From the NCBI GenBank assembly GCA_965140785.1, contig OZ223514.1, positions 128,001-192,000 on the forward strand: a stretch of DNA of 64,000 nt, in the 5' to 3' direction. This stretch comes from an uncultured Ruficoccus sp. (GTDB taxonomy: Bacteria; Verrucomicrobiota; Verrucomicrobiia; Opitutales; Cerasicoccaceae). This document shows positions 39,144-49,675 of the stretch, in pieces. Positions within the stretch are counted from its first letter, which is position 1; each line of letters begins with the position of its first letter. The notes under the pieces are model-generated. The model made no database searches, was not told the DNA's origin, and was given only the letters and a program-made list of their open reading frames with translations. The translations under genes were made by a program, and so were the position numbers.

Positions 39144-40433
39144 ATGGCCTCAACTACGATTTCAGAACCCGAAAAATCCATCCCCGTTGTCCGTGAAACC
39201 GATGTGCTCGTTTGTGGTGGGGGCCCGGCCGGCCTCGCTGCCGCTTTTACGGCCGCCCGAGCCGGGGCCAGGGTGCTGCTTCTGGAGCGACATCCCTTTC
39301 TGGGGGGCGTCTGGACAGCGGGTGCCCTGACCATCATTCTCGATGCCCAGAATAAATCCGGACTGGTGCGGGAGATAAGCCAGCGGCTTGAAGCACAGGG
39401 CGACGTCGGGCATTACCATCCCTGGTTCAGTGCGCCGATTTATGGCATTGAGGCAATGAAAGGGCTGCTCGATGAGATGGTGGCGGAGACCGGGATCGAG
39501 GTGCAGCTCTACACCCAGGTTGTCGCGGTAGCCCGCGAAGGTTCACGCGTGAGCGGTGTGTTTACCGAGAGCAAGTCGGGGCGCGAATTCATCCGGGCCA
39601 AGGTCGTGATCGACACGACCGGCGATGGCGACGTTTGTGCGCAGGCCGGGTGTGACTTCGAGTACGGCCGCCCGAAGGACGGCAAGGTGCAGCCGATGAC
39701 GCTCTACGGCCGCATCGGCGGCTACCATGGGCTGCATGCGCGCCACCAGCCGATGCTGGGAATCGCCCAGGCCGCTGGGTTTCAGCTCAGTTATGAGCGG
39801 GTCACGCTTTTCCCCCAGCCGGGCCAGCCGGGCGTTTTCATGCTTATGGCGACGCACCTCTTCGCCAGCGCCCTGGATGCGCGCGAGTTGACCCGCGCCG
39901 AGTTTCAGGGACGCAAGGAAATCCGAGAGTTCGTGCAAATTTTGAAAACCCAGGGCGGGGACGACTGGAAGGATATTTACCTGATCGATACGGGCCCCTT
40001 TCTCGGGGTGCGCGAGGCCCGGCGCATTCTGGGCAAATACTATCTGACCGGGGAGGACATTCAGGTGGGGCGGCGGTTCGAAGACGGGATCTGCCACGTG
40101 CGCTTCAATGTGGACGTTCATCACCCCGATCCGAAGGAAGGGCGTGGGCTCTTTAACATCAAGGTACAGCCTTACGACATCCCTTACCGCTGCCTGCTGG
40201 CTCGCAATCTGGACAACGTGATGATGGCCGGGCGCTGTATTTCCGGAGACTATCTGGCGCACGCGAGTTATCGCGTCACGGGCGATGCGGTCGCGACCGG
40301 GGAGGCGGCGGGACTTGGGGCGGCTATGGCACTGGATGCGGGCTGTGCCCCGGACGCGATCGAGATGTCGGTCTTTCTCGCCCGGCTGGCAGAGATGCGC
40401 AGCGCCTACCCGGCGGAGGTGCCGGACAAGTAG
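39144..40433 (+). CDS. FAD-dependent oxidoreductase (FAD_oxidored type)
   Basis: DVLVCGGGPAG, IDTTGDGD, GVREARRI, YDIPYRCL, AGRCIS, ASYRV..GEAAG. Confidence 0.88.
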   Translation: MASTTISEPEKSIPVVRETDVLVCGGGPAGLAAAFTAARAGARVLLLERHPFLGGVWTAGALTIILDAQNKSGLVREISQRLEAQGDVGHYHPWFSAPIYGIEAMKGLLDEMVAETGIEVQLYTQVVAVAREGSRVSGVFTESKSGREFIRAKVVIDTTGDGDVCAQAGCDFEYGRPKDGKVQPMTLYGRIGGYHGLHARHQPMLGIAQAAGFQLSYERVTLFPQPGQPGVFMLMATHLFASALDARELTRAEFQGRKEIREFVQILKTQGGDDWKDIYLIDTGPFLGVREARRILGKYYLTGEDIQVGRRFEDGICHVRFNVDVHHPDPKEGRGLFNIKVQPYDIPYRCLLARNLDNVMMAGRCISGDYLAHASYRVTGDAVATGEAAGLGAAMALDAGCAPDAIEMSVFLARLAEMRSAYPAEVPDK

Positions 40434-40503
40434 CTGATTGGCCCGTCCCGGGCAACGTCCTGCGCCCGGTAGGGGGCGAAGGATATAAATGCAGGAATCT
40501 TAA

Positions 40504-40513
40504 AAATCGATTT
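40504..40513. promoter_or_regulatory. Palindromic operator candidate AAATCGATTT (copy 1)
   Basis: Identical palindrome at 44086-44095. Confidence 0.5.
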
Positions 40514-40574
40514 ATATGCGAATAAAGCTGTTTATGGATTGACAGTGCCCGTGTTCTCAAAAAAAATCCGGGTC

Positions 40575-41690
40575 ATGCCAGCGAAACCTTCAGCCAAGTT
40601 AAAATCCGTGTATGGGGCGCTCCTCAAGCGCATCAAGGATGAGGACTGGAAAGTCGGCGAACTGCTCGCCCCTGCCAGTGAATTGGCCAAGGAGTATGAT
40701 TGCAGCATCGGTATGATGAGCAAAGCGCTCGCCATGCTGGCCCATGAAGGGCTGGTGGAGCAGCGCCCCCGGGTGGGGACCCGCATCATTGGCACGCCCG
40801 GTCAGGCCGGCGAGCAGAGCGGCAAGTCCCTGAAGCTGGATGCCTTCGCCTTTATCCACCCCAGCGAGCTGCATGAAGGGGGCTGGAAGATGCTGACGGC
40901 TTTTCAAAAAGCGGCCACACGCGTCGGAAGACGGACGGTAGTTTTGAGCACGGGCGCGGATTTTCAAAAGGAAATGGAAATGCTCCGGCGGCTCGACGAA
41001 TTTGACGTGCAGGCGGCGGCGATTTTTCCATTCCTGGTCACTCCGGCGGATCACATTCAGTTTTCGCAACTGATCGTCGCGGTGAATTATCCGATCGTTC
41101 TCATTGACCATTGCCCGGCCGGAGTCGAGTGCCTGTCGGTGCATATGGACTGCTTTCACGCCGGGTACACGATGACCCGTCGTCTGCTCGATCAGGGCGC
41201 ACGTCGCATCGGTTTTCTGACCAATAACGGCCTGCGCCTGTCGGGGCGCAATCGCTATCAGGGCTTTCTGTGGGCGATGCAGGAGGCCGGGGTCGAACCT
41301 GTGGACGACTTGCTCCTGGTGGAGTCCACCAGCCATCCCAATTTCGAAGATCCGTTCGCGGAGCCGACCCGGGTGGGCGAGTGCTATATGCAGCAAACGA
41401 AGGGAAAAGGCGTCGAGGCCGTGGTTTGCTCCAATGACGTGATGGCAATCGGCTTGATGCGGGCGGCCCGTGAGGCGGGCGTGTCGGTGCCGGGTGATTT
41501 GAAAATTATCGGAACGGACAACCTGGGCATTTCCGCGAGCGAAGAATTTTCACTGACTTCCTATGATCCGCCTTATGCGAAGCTGGGCGAGCAAACCTTT
41601 GACCTGCTCAACGCCGTCGTCGAGGGCAAGCCGGCTCCGCGCAGAGAATACAGTCTGCGCGGTGAGCTGATCGTACGCTCAAGCGCCTGA
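40575..41690 (+). CDS. GntR-HTH / LacI-sensor hybrid regulator (AraR-like architecture)
   Basis: N-terminal winged HTH (ELAKEY...EGLVEQRPRVGT); C-terminal CSNDVMAIG, VPGDLKIIGTD, LIVRSS. Confidence 0.88.
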   Translation: MPAKPSAKLKSVYGALLKRIKDEDWKVGELLAPASELAKEYDCSIGMMSKALAMLAHEGLVEQRPRVGTRIIGTPGQAGEQSGKSLKLDAFAFIHPSELHEGGWKMLTAFQKAATRVGRRTVVLSTGADFQKEMEMLRRLDEFDVQAAAIFPFLVTPADHIQFSQLIVAVNYPIVLIDHCPAGVECLSVHMDCFHAGYTMTRRLLDQGARRIGFLTNNGLRLSGRNRYQGFLWAMQEAGVEPVDDLLLVESTSHPNFEDPFAEPTRVGECYMQQTKGKGVEAVVCSNDVMAIGLMRAAREAGVSVPGDLKIIGTDNLGISASEEFSLTSYDPPYAKLGEQTFDLLNAVVEGKPAPRREYSLRGELIVRSSA

Positions 41691-41810
41691 CGTCAGATTG
41701 AAGGGGCTCTGTCAGGTGCCTGGCCTATGGCCAGACAGTGGGTGTGGCTATTGTTTTTTACACTATTATTACACATTTTATAATAAAATATATTTTAACA
41801 AGTATGTCCC

Positions 41811-43985
41811 ATGAATGTTAGGGTGGAAATGAAGGAGCCGGTAAAGGCGTCGTCCGCGTGGATCTGGTTCCCGGGTGATGGCGCTTTCGGCATCCTGCGA
41901 AAAAAACTCGCTCGTCCCAGGGACGGGGGGAACTTGACCCTGCAGTGCGCGGCCTTTGACCGCTACGAACTTTACCTTGACGGGCGGTTAGCCCTTGAGG
42001 GCTCCTTGCCGGGCGACCTGCCACGCTGGATTCCCATCGACGCCGTATCGATTTCATTGTCACCTTCGGACCAGCCCTTGCTCGTCGAGGTGCTCGTTTA
42101 TCACAGCCGTTTGGAACGCATACACTATCGCGGAGAGAGTCGGCCCGGATTCTGGGCTATGCTGACGCTCGACGGTGATCAGTACACGACGGATTCGACC
42201 TGGCAGGCAGCCGGTCTGGAGGCATGGAAAAGGGCCGCTCCGCGGATGAATCACGTGCTCGACCCTCTGGAGGATGTGGATATCACCGGAGCGCAGTGGC
42301 GCTGGCGCGAGCAGGGTTGCGTTCTGGATATTGACGATGACTTCAGTTGGCAGGACGCGCAGGTCGTGGATTTACCCGATCCGCTTCGGTCAGAGGTCGG
42401 GTGGGAGCACAAAGCGGGATTTGTGAGCCGCTCCCTGTGTCCGGCGCGGCATTACTGGCTCGGCTGGGCAGGGGAAGATGCGGTGCCGGCTTTTACGGCG
42501 ACAGCCCAGGCGAATGCAGGCGGGGCGCTCGATCCGTCCCCGCAAACAGGTCCCCTCTGCGAGCGCGTCATCGACCCTTTCCGGCACGATCTCTGTGTGG
42601 TGGATTTTGGCGAAGCCGTTACCGGGATGCCGTGCGTGGAAATCGATACGCCGGTCTCCCTGATGGTTGAGCTGGGGTGGGCCGAGCGGCTCTCCTCTGA
42701 AGGGTTGCCTGTCATTTACGGCAAGGGGACGCTCTACCAGGCCCGCTATCGCGTGCCGCCCGGTCGCCACGAGCTCAAGCCTTTTCACTGGAGCGGATTC
42801 CGTTACCTGCGTGTGGGGATCGAAGCGCAGCCCGAGGGGACGGCAAGCATACGGCTGTCGGCCTGTGCCATTCGCCGCGCACTCAGTCTCCCTGCGGTGA
42901 GACCGACTCACTCCGGAGGCACAGCAGTGGCGAAGATCGAGGTTCTGTGCCGGACAACCCTGGAGAAAACCCTGCCCGAGTATCCGGCGGACTGCCCGAC
43001 CCGGGAAAAGGCTCACTACTGGACGGACGGTCTTTTTATCAGCCTGGCCCTGGAGCGAATATACGGGGAGGCGGTCTTTGCGGATTGGTATTGTGAGGCC
43101 TTTCGCCGGGTGCCCATGCAGGTCGGAGGCCTCTTCAGCTCCGTCTATCCGGGCGATCACCGGGTGTTGGTGGACGCGTGCCTGGCGCCGGTGATCGGCT
43201 GGCGTTACCGGCGTGCGCTTCGGGGGGAATTTACGGTGGACACCGGGCTTTGGGCGAAGGCTCTTCGGGTCAACGCATGGTATGAGAAGCATGTCAGTGG
43301 TAGTGGACTGCTCGAAGTGCCGGGCTGGGAACCGGATGCCGGTGAGCTGGTCTTTCTGGATCATCCTGGCTTGCCCTGGCACCACTTCGCGCACCCCTCG
43401 CTGGACCGGCGCAATCCCAGTGCGGCGCTCAATCTTTATTACCTGGCCTTCCTCCAGTCTCTCCTGCAGGCTGCGGCGGAGAGGGACGGGGAGTTGGAGG
43501 AAGTGCTTGCCGATCGGACGGCTGCACTTTCACAGGCGATCCGGGAAACTTTCTGGGACGGGGCTGTGCTGCGGGACAGCGACTTCCGGCGCTATCCGGA
43601 CGCGGGCGTGTCCTGGCTGGCCAACTCCTTGGGCGTGGTTGGCGGCGTGCTGCGCGGCGAGGAGGCGGTGAACGCGATGCGGACCATGATGGAAAGCTAT
43701 GACACGGTGTGCCGCTGTACGCCCGGGACGATTTTCTGGTTTCTCCAGGCCGCCAGCCTGACGAAGCTTTTTGGCGAAACCGAGCAGATACTGGGTCGGC
43801 TTTTTGGAAAAATGCTCAAGGCGCAGGCGACGGCAACCTGGGAAACTTTCGACGGCGAGTTGGAGGACAGCTTGTGCCATCCCTGGCTGGCGGCGCCGGT
43901 GGCCATGTATCTGGCTGATCCGGAGGGGTTCGGCTGTTCTCCACCCCTGTTGGCCTGTGTGGCGTCGAAGGGCAGGACTGGATAG
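41811..43985 (+). CDS. GH78 alpha-L-rhamnosidase-like protein (divergent)
   Basis: VDFGE, GFRY, DCPTREK..WTDG, ATATWETF, SLCHPW. Confidence 0.75.
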   Translation: MNVRVEMKEPVKASSAWIWFPGDGAFGILRKKLARPRDGGNLTLQCAAFDRYELYLDGRLALEGSLPGDLPRWIPIDAVSISLSPSDQPLLVEVLVYHSRLERIHYRGESRPGFWAMLTLDGDQYTTDSTWQAAGLEAWKRAAPRMNHVLDPLEDVDITGAQWRWREQGCVLDIDDDFSWQDAQVVDLPDPLRSEVGWEHKAGFVSRSLCPARHYWLGWAGEDAVPAFTATAQANAGGALDPSPQTGPLCERVIDPFRHDLCVVDFGEAVTGMPCVEIDTPVSLMVELGWAERLSSEGLPVIYGKGTLYQARYRVPPGRHELKPFHWSGFRYLRVGIEAQPEGTASIRLSACAIRRALSLPAVRPTHSGGTAVAKIEVLCRTTLEKTLPEYPADCPTREKAHYWTDGLFISLALERIYGEAVFADWYCEAFRRVPMQVGGLFSSVYPGDHRVLVDACLAPVIGWRYRRALRGEFTVDTGLWAKALRVNAWYEKHVSGSGLLEVPGWEPDAGELVFLDHPGLPWHHFAHPSLDRRNPSAALNLYYLAFLQSLLQAAAERDGELEEVLADRTAALSQAIRETFWDGAVLRDSDFRRYPDAGVSWLANSLGVVGGVLRGEEAVNAMRTMMESYDTVCRCTPGTIFWFLQAASLTKLFGETEQILGRLFGKMLKAQATATWETFDGELEDSLCHPWLAAPVAMYLADPEGFGCSPPLLACVASKGRTG

Positions 43986-44060
43986 CCCCCGTAGATTTTA
44001 TTACGCTTTCTGAATTATATTTTTAATAAATCGCTTATTTGAAAAATACATTTATTTGCT

Positions 44061-44095
44061 TTGACACTCGCCTTTAGTGCTATTTAAATCGATTT
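44061..44095 (+). promoter_or_regulatory. Sigma70-type promoter overlapped by operator candidate (copy 2)
   Basis: TTGACA at 44061-44066, AT-rich -10 region 17 bp later, AAATCGATTT at 44086-44095, AT-rich UP region. Confidence 0.55.
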
Positions 44096-44279
44096 TATGT
44101 CAACCGGCCCTGTGGCCGTCGGGCACTATTCTTCGCCGTTCCCTTTTTAAACCCCTGCTTTGATACCCTTTGTTTTGAAGTACCACCCCTTTCGAGCCGT
44201 GGTCGTCGGCTTCGGCTGAAGAGGATTTTCCTTACCCAAAACCCATCCCAAAAATAATCCCAATACGACGAATACAAAA

Positions 44280-45014
44280 ATGAAAACTCAGTACATGTTC
44301 CCTATTCTGGTTGGCCTTCTGCTCGTCGCGGTGACTGGCTCAGCCAATGCGCAGGTTTCGTTCACGGACGATTTTAATCGTGCCGATGCCAGTGACCTGG
44401 GTCCCAACTACACCTACTATAACAACTTCGCATCCAGCAGTGCGGCGGACGCCATCTCCTCGAATACCGCGATCTCGACCATCGCCAACTCGCAGAACAG
44501 CATGGCTCTTGTTGTCGAGAGCGCCTTCATCGTGCAGCCCGGCGATGCCTTCACCCTCGAAGTTGATCTGCAAAGCAACTCTACCGAATCGAACTGGGGC
44601 GGCCTTGTTTACAATTTCCAGGACGCGGACAATTTCAGCTATGTTCGTTGGAAGTCCTCCACCGGGGATGTGCAGGCGATTACCATCGTCAACCAGAACA
44701 TCAGCAGTTTTGCTTCGCTCAACGATACCGATTTCATGACGACCGAAACGGTTCACATGGCCCTCAGCGGTGATGGCAGCGGGAACTATACGGTTACGCT
44801 CTCCAGAAGCGGCGTGGATGATGCCAGCCTGGACTGGACGAATACGACCTTTACCGAGGGAGAGGTCGGGATGTATTATACCGGAAACGGCACAGGCTCC
44901 AGCCAATGGACCTTTGATAATCTTTCCGCCAATATCCCCGAAAGCCGATCGACTGCGATCCTGCTGGGTCTGGGCGCGGCCCTGGCGATGCTCTTCATGC
45001 GGCGGCGCAAGTAG
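44280..45014 (+). CDS. PEP-CTERM-like surface protein (IPES variant), probable beta-sandwich
   Basis: Signal peptide; Ser/Thr/Asn-rich; FDN..IPESRS + TM + RRRK. Confidence 0.8.
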   Translation: MKTQYMFPILVGLLLVAVTGSANAQVSFTDDFNRADASDLGPNYTYYNNFASSSAADAISSNTAISTIANSQNSMALVVESAFIVQPGDAFTLEVDLQSNSTESNWGGLVYNFQDADNFSYVRWKSSTGDVQAITIVNQNISSFASLNDTDFMTTETVHMALSGDGSGNYTVTLSRSGVDDASLDWTNTTFTEGEVGMYYTGNGTGSSQWTFDNLSANIPESRSTAILLGLGAALAMLFMRRRK

Positions 45015-45145
45015 TTTTCCGGGCAAACGGCCAGCGGGGACGAGGGACATTTCCATTACCCGCCGGTTATGCTAGACAGTCCATGGATTATTTCGCACAG
45101 GGCCTTGGGTTCCTGCGCGGGAGGTACGTATGGATGGGTTAATCC

Positions 45146-47293
45146 ATGCATGAAGCACTCTTTAGAAAGCACCATTCTGTGAACACGAAAAACGTTCGTC
45201 TTTCTGCCCTGGCCGGCCTGCTCGTCTGTGGTCTTGCCTCCTCTTCTCTGCTTGGAGAAGAAACGATGCCGGAGGTGGAGACCGCTTGCATTGTGGTAAA
45301 AGCCTCGGAGACATTGGGACCGGTTAACACCCGGATCTTCGGGCATAATCTCTCGGCCGGGGATGGCGCGGGTATCTTCCCCTCCGGCACTCAGGAGCGG
45401 ACCATCATGACCGCGGATGGGCTTTGGGATCCTGGGACAGGAAAGGCCGTGCCGAAGATGGCCGAGCTGGCCGAGGAGGTGGGGATATCCATGATGCGCT
45501 ATCCGGGCGGATGCCTGGCGCACAACTACGACTGGAGGGAAACGGTCGGTCCGGTGGAGCAGCGCGGGCATGATAACTGGAGGTTTGGGTTGGATGAATA
45601 CCTGGCTTTCTGCGAGGAGCTGGGGGTGGAGCCGGTTATCACCGTCAGCGATTACGTGCTCCCGGCGGAGGAGATGCCGCAGCATGCGGCAGAGCTGGTG
45701 GAGTACCTGAACGCGCCCGCCACGCCCGAGCATCCCTGGGCCATGCGCCGCAAGGAGTGGGGACACCCGGAGCCCTACGGTGTGGGTTGGTTCGAACTCG
45801 GCAACGAGTCCGAGCACGGCAACCATGACGTGAGCCCGCACCGCGTTTACACCCCCGAGCAGTACGCGGACTATGCCGTCAACACGGCCCGCGCGATGAA
45901 AGCCGTGGACCCCTCGATCAAGGTCGGCGTGGTGATGGTGCCCGGTGCCGGCCAGGACGTTTACTGCGATTGGAATGAAACGGTCGCCCGGATCGCGGGG
46001 CCGGTGGCGGATTTTGTCGTCGTCCACATTTACACGCCCAAGGTCGTCAAGGATGTGCCGATCTCTCCGCGTCAGGAGGTTGACCTCATCGAAGCGATGA
46101 TGGGGGCACCCGAGCAGATCGACTACCACCTCAAGGATTACCGCCGAATGATCGAGGAGCAGTGCGGGCGCGCACTGCCGCTGGCCGTGACGGAGTTTAA
46201 CATCGGCGCGGTCACCAACGTCCCCCGTCCTTACCGTTTTACCTACGGCGCCGCGCTCGAGTGCGCGGACCTGATGCGGGTCTTTCTCCGGCCCGAGAAC
46301 GGCGTGATCATGGCGCAATACTGGCAACTGGCCAATGGCTACTGGGGCATGCTCGACTCGACCGGCCCGCTGGCGGATCCCACCATTGCGGAGCGGCCGG
46401 CTTTTCCGGTGTTCCGGCTATTTACCCGTCACGTGGGAGAGACACTGGTGGAGACGGAGGTAGATGCCCCGCTCAAGTCTTCCGCCGGATACCTGGGAGT
46501 CTACCCCGCCGATGCCGATGAGCATGAGCCGGGTGGGGAAGTGCTGGCCGTGATCGACAGCGATGAAATTCTCCAGCAGGTGTCCCTGAATAAATTCCCG
46601 GGAGAGGAAGTTTCGGCCAGCTTGGAGGACGGGACGCTGACGGTGACCATCGACGGCCTCTCAAAGAGCCGTTACCCGGCCTTTGCCGTGATCGATCGTC
46701 CCGCCGGGATTGAGGGACCATGTGACTACCGCTTCAGCTACGAGGCGCGTTTCATCGGGGAACCGGATAAGCCGACGCCCCCGGCGACGGTGGGGCTCAT
46801 GGACAAGCGCGGTTACGACCAGACCGGCTCAGCGTTGCGGATCAGCGGAGGGACGGCGCATGAGTGGACCGAGTACAGCGGTATTTTCAATGCTCTGGTC
46901 GATGCCCCGGGGGTAACCCTGCTGACCCGCCTGGAAGGGGGGGGCGGTCTGACCGGGACCCTGCAAATCCGTAATATGCGGCTCGAAGTCCTCAGTAAGG
47001 AGCGCTTCACGGAGTACCCGCTGCTGACGGCCATGGCCACCCTTTCCGGAGACGGCGAGACGGCCACCCTGATCGTCATCAACAAAAGCGAGACGCAGGC
47101 TATCCAGACGGATATTTTGTTGGATGGTTTCGAGGCGACAAGTGCCCGGCTGTGGCAAGTCAATGCTCCCGACCTGCTGGCGCAAACCGGTGTCTCCCAA
47201 ACCCAGACTGCCGTGCCGCTGGCTCTGGACCAGGGCGATGTCACCTACGTTTTTCCCGCTCACTCCATCACTGCTATCGAATTTCTGCGATGA
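45146..47293 (+). CDS. Secreted GH51-like (clan GH-A) glycoside hydrolase with inserted CBM-like domain
   Basis: RYPGGC..YDW, FGLDEY, ELGNE (acid/base), VTEFN (nucleophile), FPAHSIT tail; start uncertain. Confidence 0.78.
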   Translation: MHEALFRKHHSVNTKNVRLSALAGLLVCGLASSSLLGEETMPEVETACIVVKASETLGPVNTRIFGHNLSAGDGAGIFPSGTQERTIMTADGLWDPGTGKAVPKMAELAEEVGISMMRYPGGCLAHNYDWRETVGPVEQRGHDNWRFGLDEYLAFCEELGVEPVITVSDYVLPAEEMPQHAAELVEYLNAPATPEHPWAMRRKEWGHPEPYGVGWFELGNESEHGNHDVSPHRVYTPEQYADYAVNTARAMKAVDPSIKVGVVMVPGAGQDVYCDWNETVARIAGPVADFVVVHIYTPKVVKDVPISPRQEVDLIEAMMGAPEQIDYHLKDYRRMIEEQCGRALPLAVTEFNIGAVTNVPRPYRFTYGAALECADLMRVFLRPENGVIMAQYWQLANGYWGMLDSTGPLADPTIAERPAFPVFRLFTRHVGETLVETEVDAPLKSSAGYLGVYPADADEHEPGGEVLAVIDSDEILQQVSLNKFPGEEVSASLEDGTLTVTIDGLSKSRYPAFAVIDRPAGIEGPCDYRFSYEARFIGEPDKPTPPATVGLMDKRGYDQTGSALRISGGTAHEWTEYSGIFNALVDAPGVTLLTRLEGGGGLTGTLQIRNMRLEVLSKERFTEYPLLTAMATLSGDGETATLIVINKSETQAIQTDILLDGFEATSARLWQVNAPDLLAQTGVSQTQTAVPLALDQGDVTYVFPAHSITAIEFLR

Positions 47294-47383
47294 GTTCCCC
47301 CTATGAACAGGATTGTCGTTTTATCATTCGCGGCATAAGCCGATACTGACTTTTAACCGACGCTTCGTACCCCTCCAGCCCTC

Positions 47384-48112
47384 ATGACCCCTTCCCCCAC
47401 CAGAGAACACGCTCGCCCGACGCTTAGGAAGCCGCGTGTCGCGGGGCACGGCTTTACCCTGGTCGAACTGCTGACGGTGTGCGCCTGCATTGGTATCCTG
47501 ATGCTTATTCTCTTTCCGGTGATTTCGACGATACGGGCGCGTTCGCAGAGTACGAAGTGCCAGTCGAACCTCCGGCAGATCGGTGTGCTGGCCAAGATGT
47601 ACAGCAATGACAACCAGGGTAATATTCTGCCGATGTACTACCCGAGTGACGACCCCAACGGCTTGTCGAAGAAACACTGGACGGGCCTGTTGGCTCCTTA
47701 CATGGATGGGGATTTTGACGGGAATTATTATCCCTCCTACGACGAGCTGCCTCTGTTTATATGCCCGGCTGAGCCGGACATTTTTGGCTACGGGTTGAAC
47801 TACTTCTGGTTATCTCCTTTCACCACGGAGTACGGGCCGGGGCTGCGCGTCAAGCTGGTCAAACAGTACGAGGTAGCCGATCCGACCCAGACCGTTTTTA
47901 TCACCGATGTCACCTTGGATGCCAACGACAACTGGCATCCCTATGTCAGGCCTCCCACCATGTGGGCGGGCTGGCAGTCGGGTGCGCCTAACCAGACGGC
48001 ATTTCGCCATCCCAACGATACGGCGAACGTATTATGGTTCGATGGGCACGTCAGTTCGGAAACAGGTGGCACTTCCTTCACTCAGGACGCGGAGTTGTGG
48101 GACACCCTTTAA
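47384..48112 (+). CDS. Prepilin-type N-terminal cleavage/methylation protein with H-X9-DG motif (DUF1559-like)
   Basis: GFTLVELL, KCQSNLRQIG, FICP, YGLN, FRHPNDTANVLWFDGHV. Confidence 0.9.
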   Translation: MTPSPTREHARPTLRKPRVAGHGFTLVELLTVCACIGILMLILFPVISTIRARSQSTKCQSNLRQIGVLAKMYSNDNQGNILPMYYPSDDPNGLSKKHWTGLLAPYMDGDFDGNYYPSYDELPLFICPAEPDIFGYGLNYFWLSPFTTEYGPGLRVKLVKQYEVADPTQTVFITDVTLDANDNWHPYVRPPTMWAGWQSGAPNQTAFRHPNDTANVLWFDGHVSSETGGTSFTQDAELWDTL

Positions 48113-48172
48113 GTTTGGGGTTGGGACTCACGCGCTTTGGCTGGATTTCTCCTGCGTCCGCAGGGCCGGGCG

Positions 48173-49222
<1,050 letters not shown>

Positions 49223-49647
49223 AGTTACCTGTCTCTCCTCTGTATTCTCATTAGCAAACCCCGCGCCGATCGGCGCATAAAGGGTGCGCTTCGTAGGGGG
49301 TGAGGGGGTGGGCGGCAACTGTGAAATCAGTTATACAAAGAACCTGGCCCGGGTAATAAGAACGGGTGTCGAGGGTATAAGCCGTGGTATAAGCCGGCTG
49401 GTTCCGATGGTGGGTCACAAGGCGGTCAGGACGGGGTTCATTTGACTCCCGGTCAAGGGGTTGGAGGAGAGCGATGAGGGTTGGGTGCGGTTTTGCTGGA
49501 AATCTCGCGCAGATTCTCCGATATACAGGGGTAGGATGTCATCCTCCCGTTTAGGACCCCCCTGTGGATATCCCTGCTGGCTGTCCGGCTTTCCTCCAGA
49601 TGGAGGGGCTTGTTTTACAGCGATAAATCAGAGGTCCGGACTTTACT

Positions 49648-49661
49648 TTACTATTTAGTCA
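49648..49661. promoter_or_regulatory. TetR operator (imperfect copy)
   Basis: TTACTATTTAGTCA, 12/14 match to the palindrome at 50331. Confidence 0.6.
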
Positions 49662-49675
49662 ATTATATTTGAACC

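Noticed and set aside
49374..49396. Tandem repeat GGTATAAGCCG x2 in the uxuA-tetR spacer
   Set aside because: Only two copies with no spacer; could be a regulator site or chance duplication, with nothing further to support it
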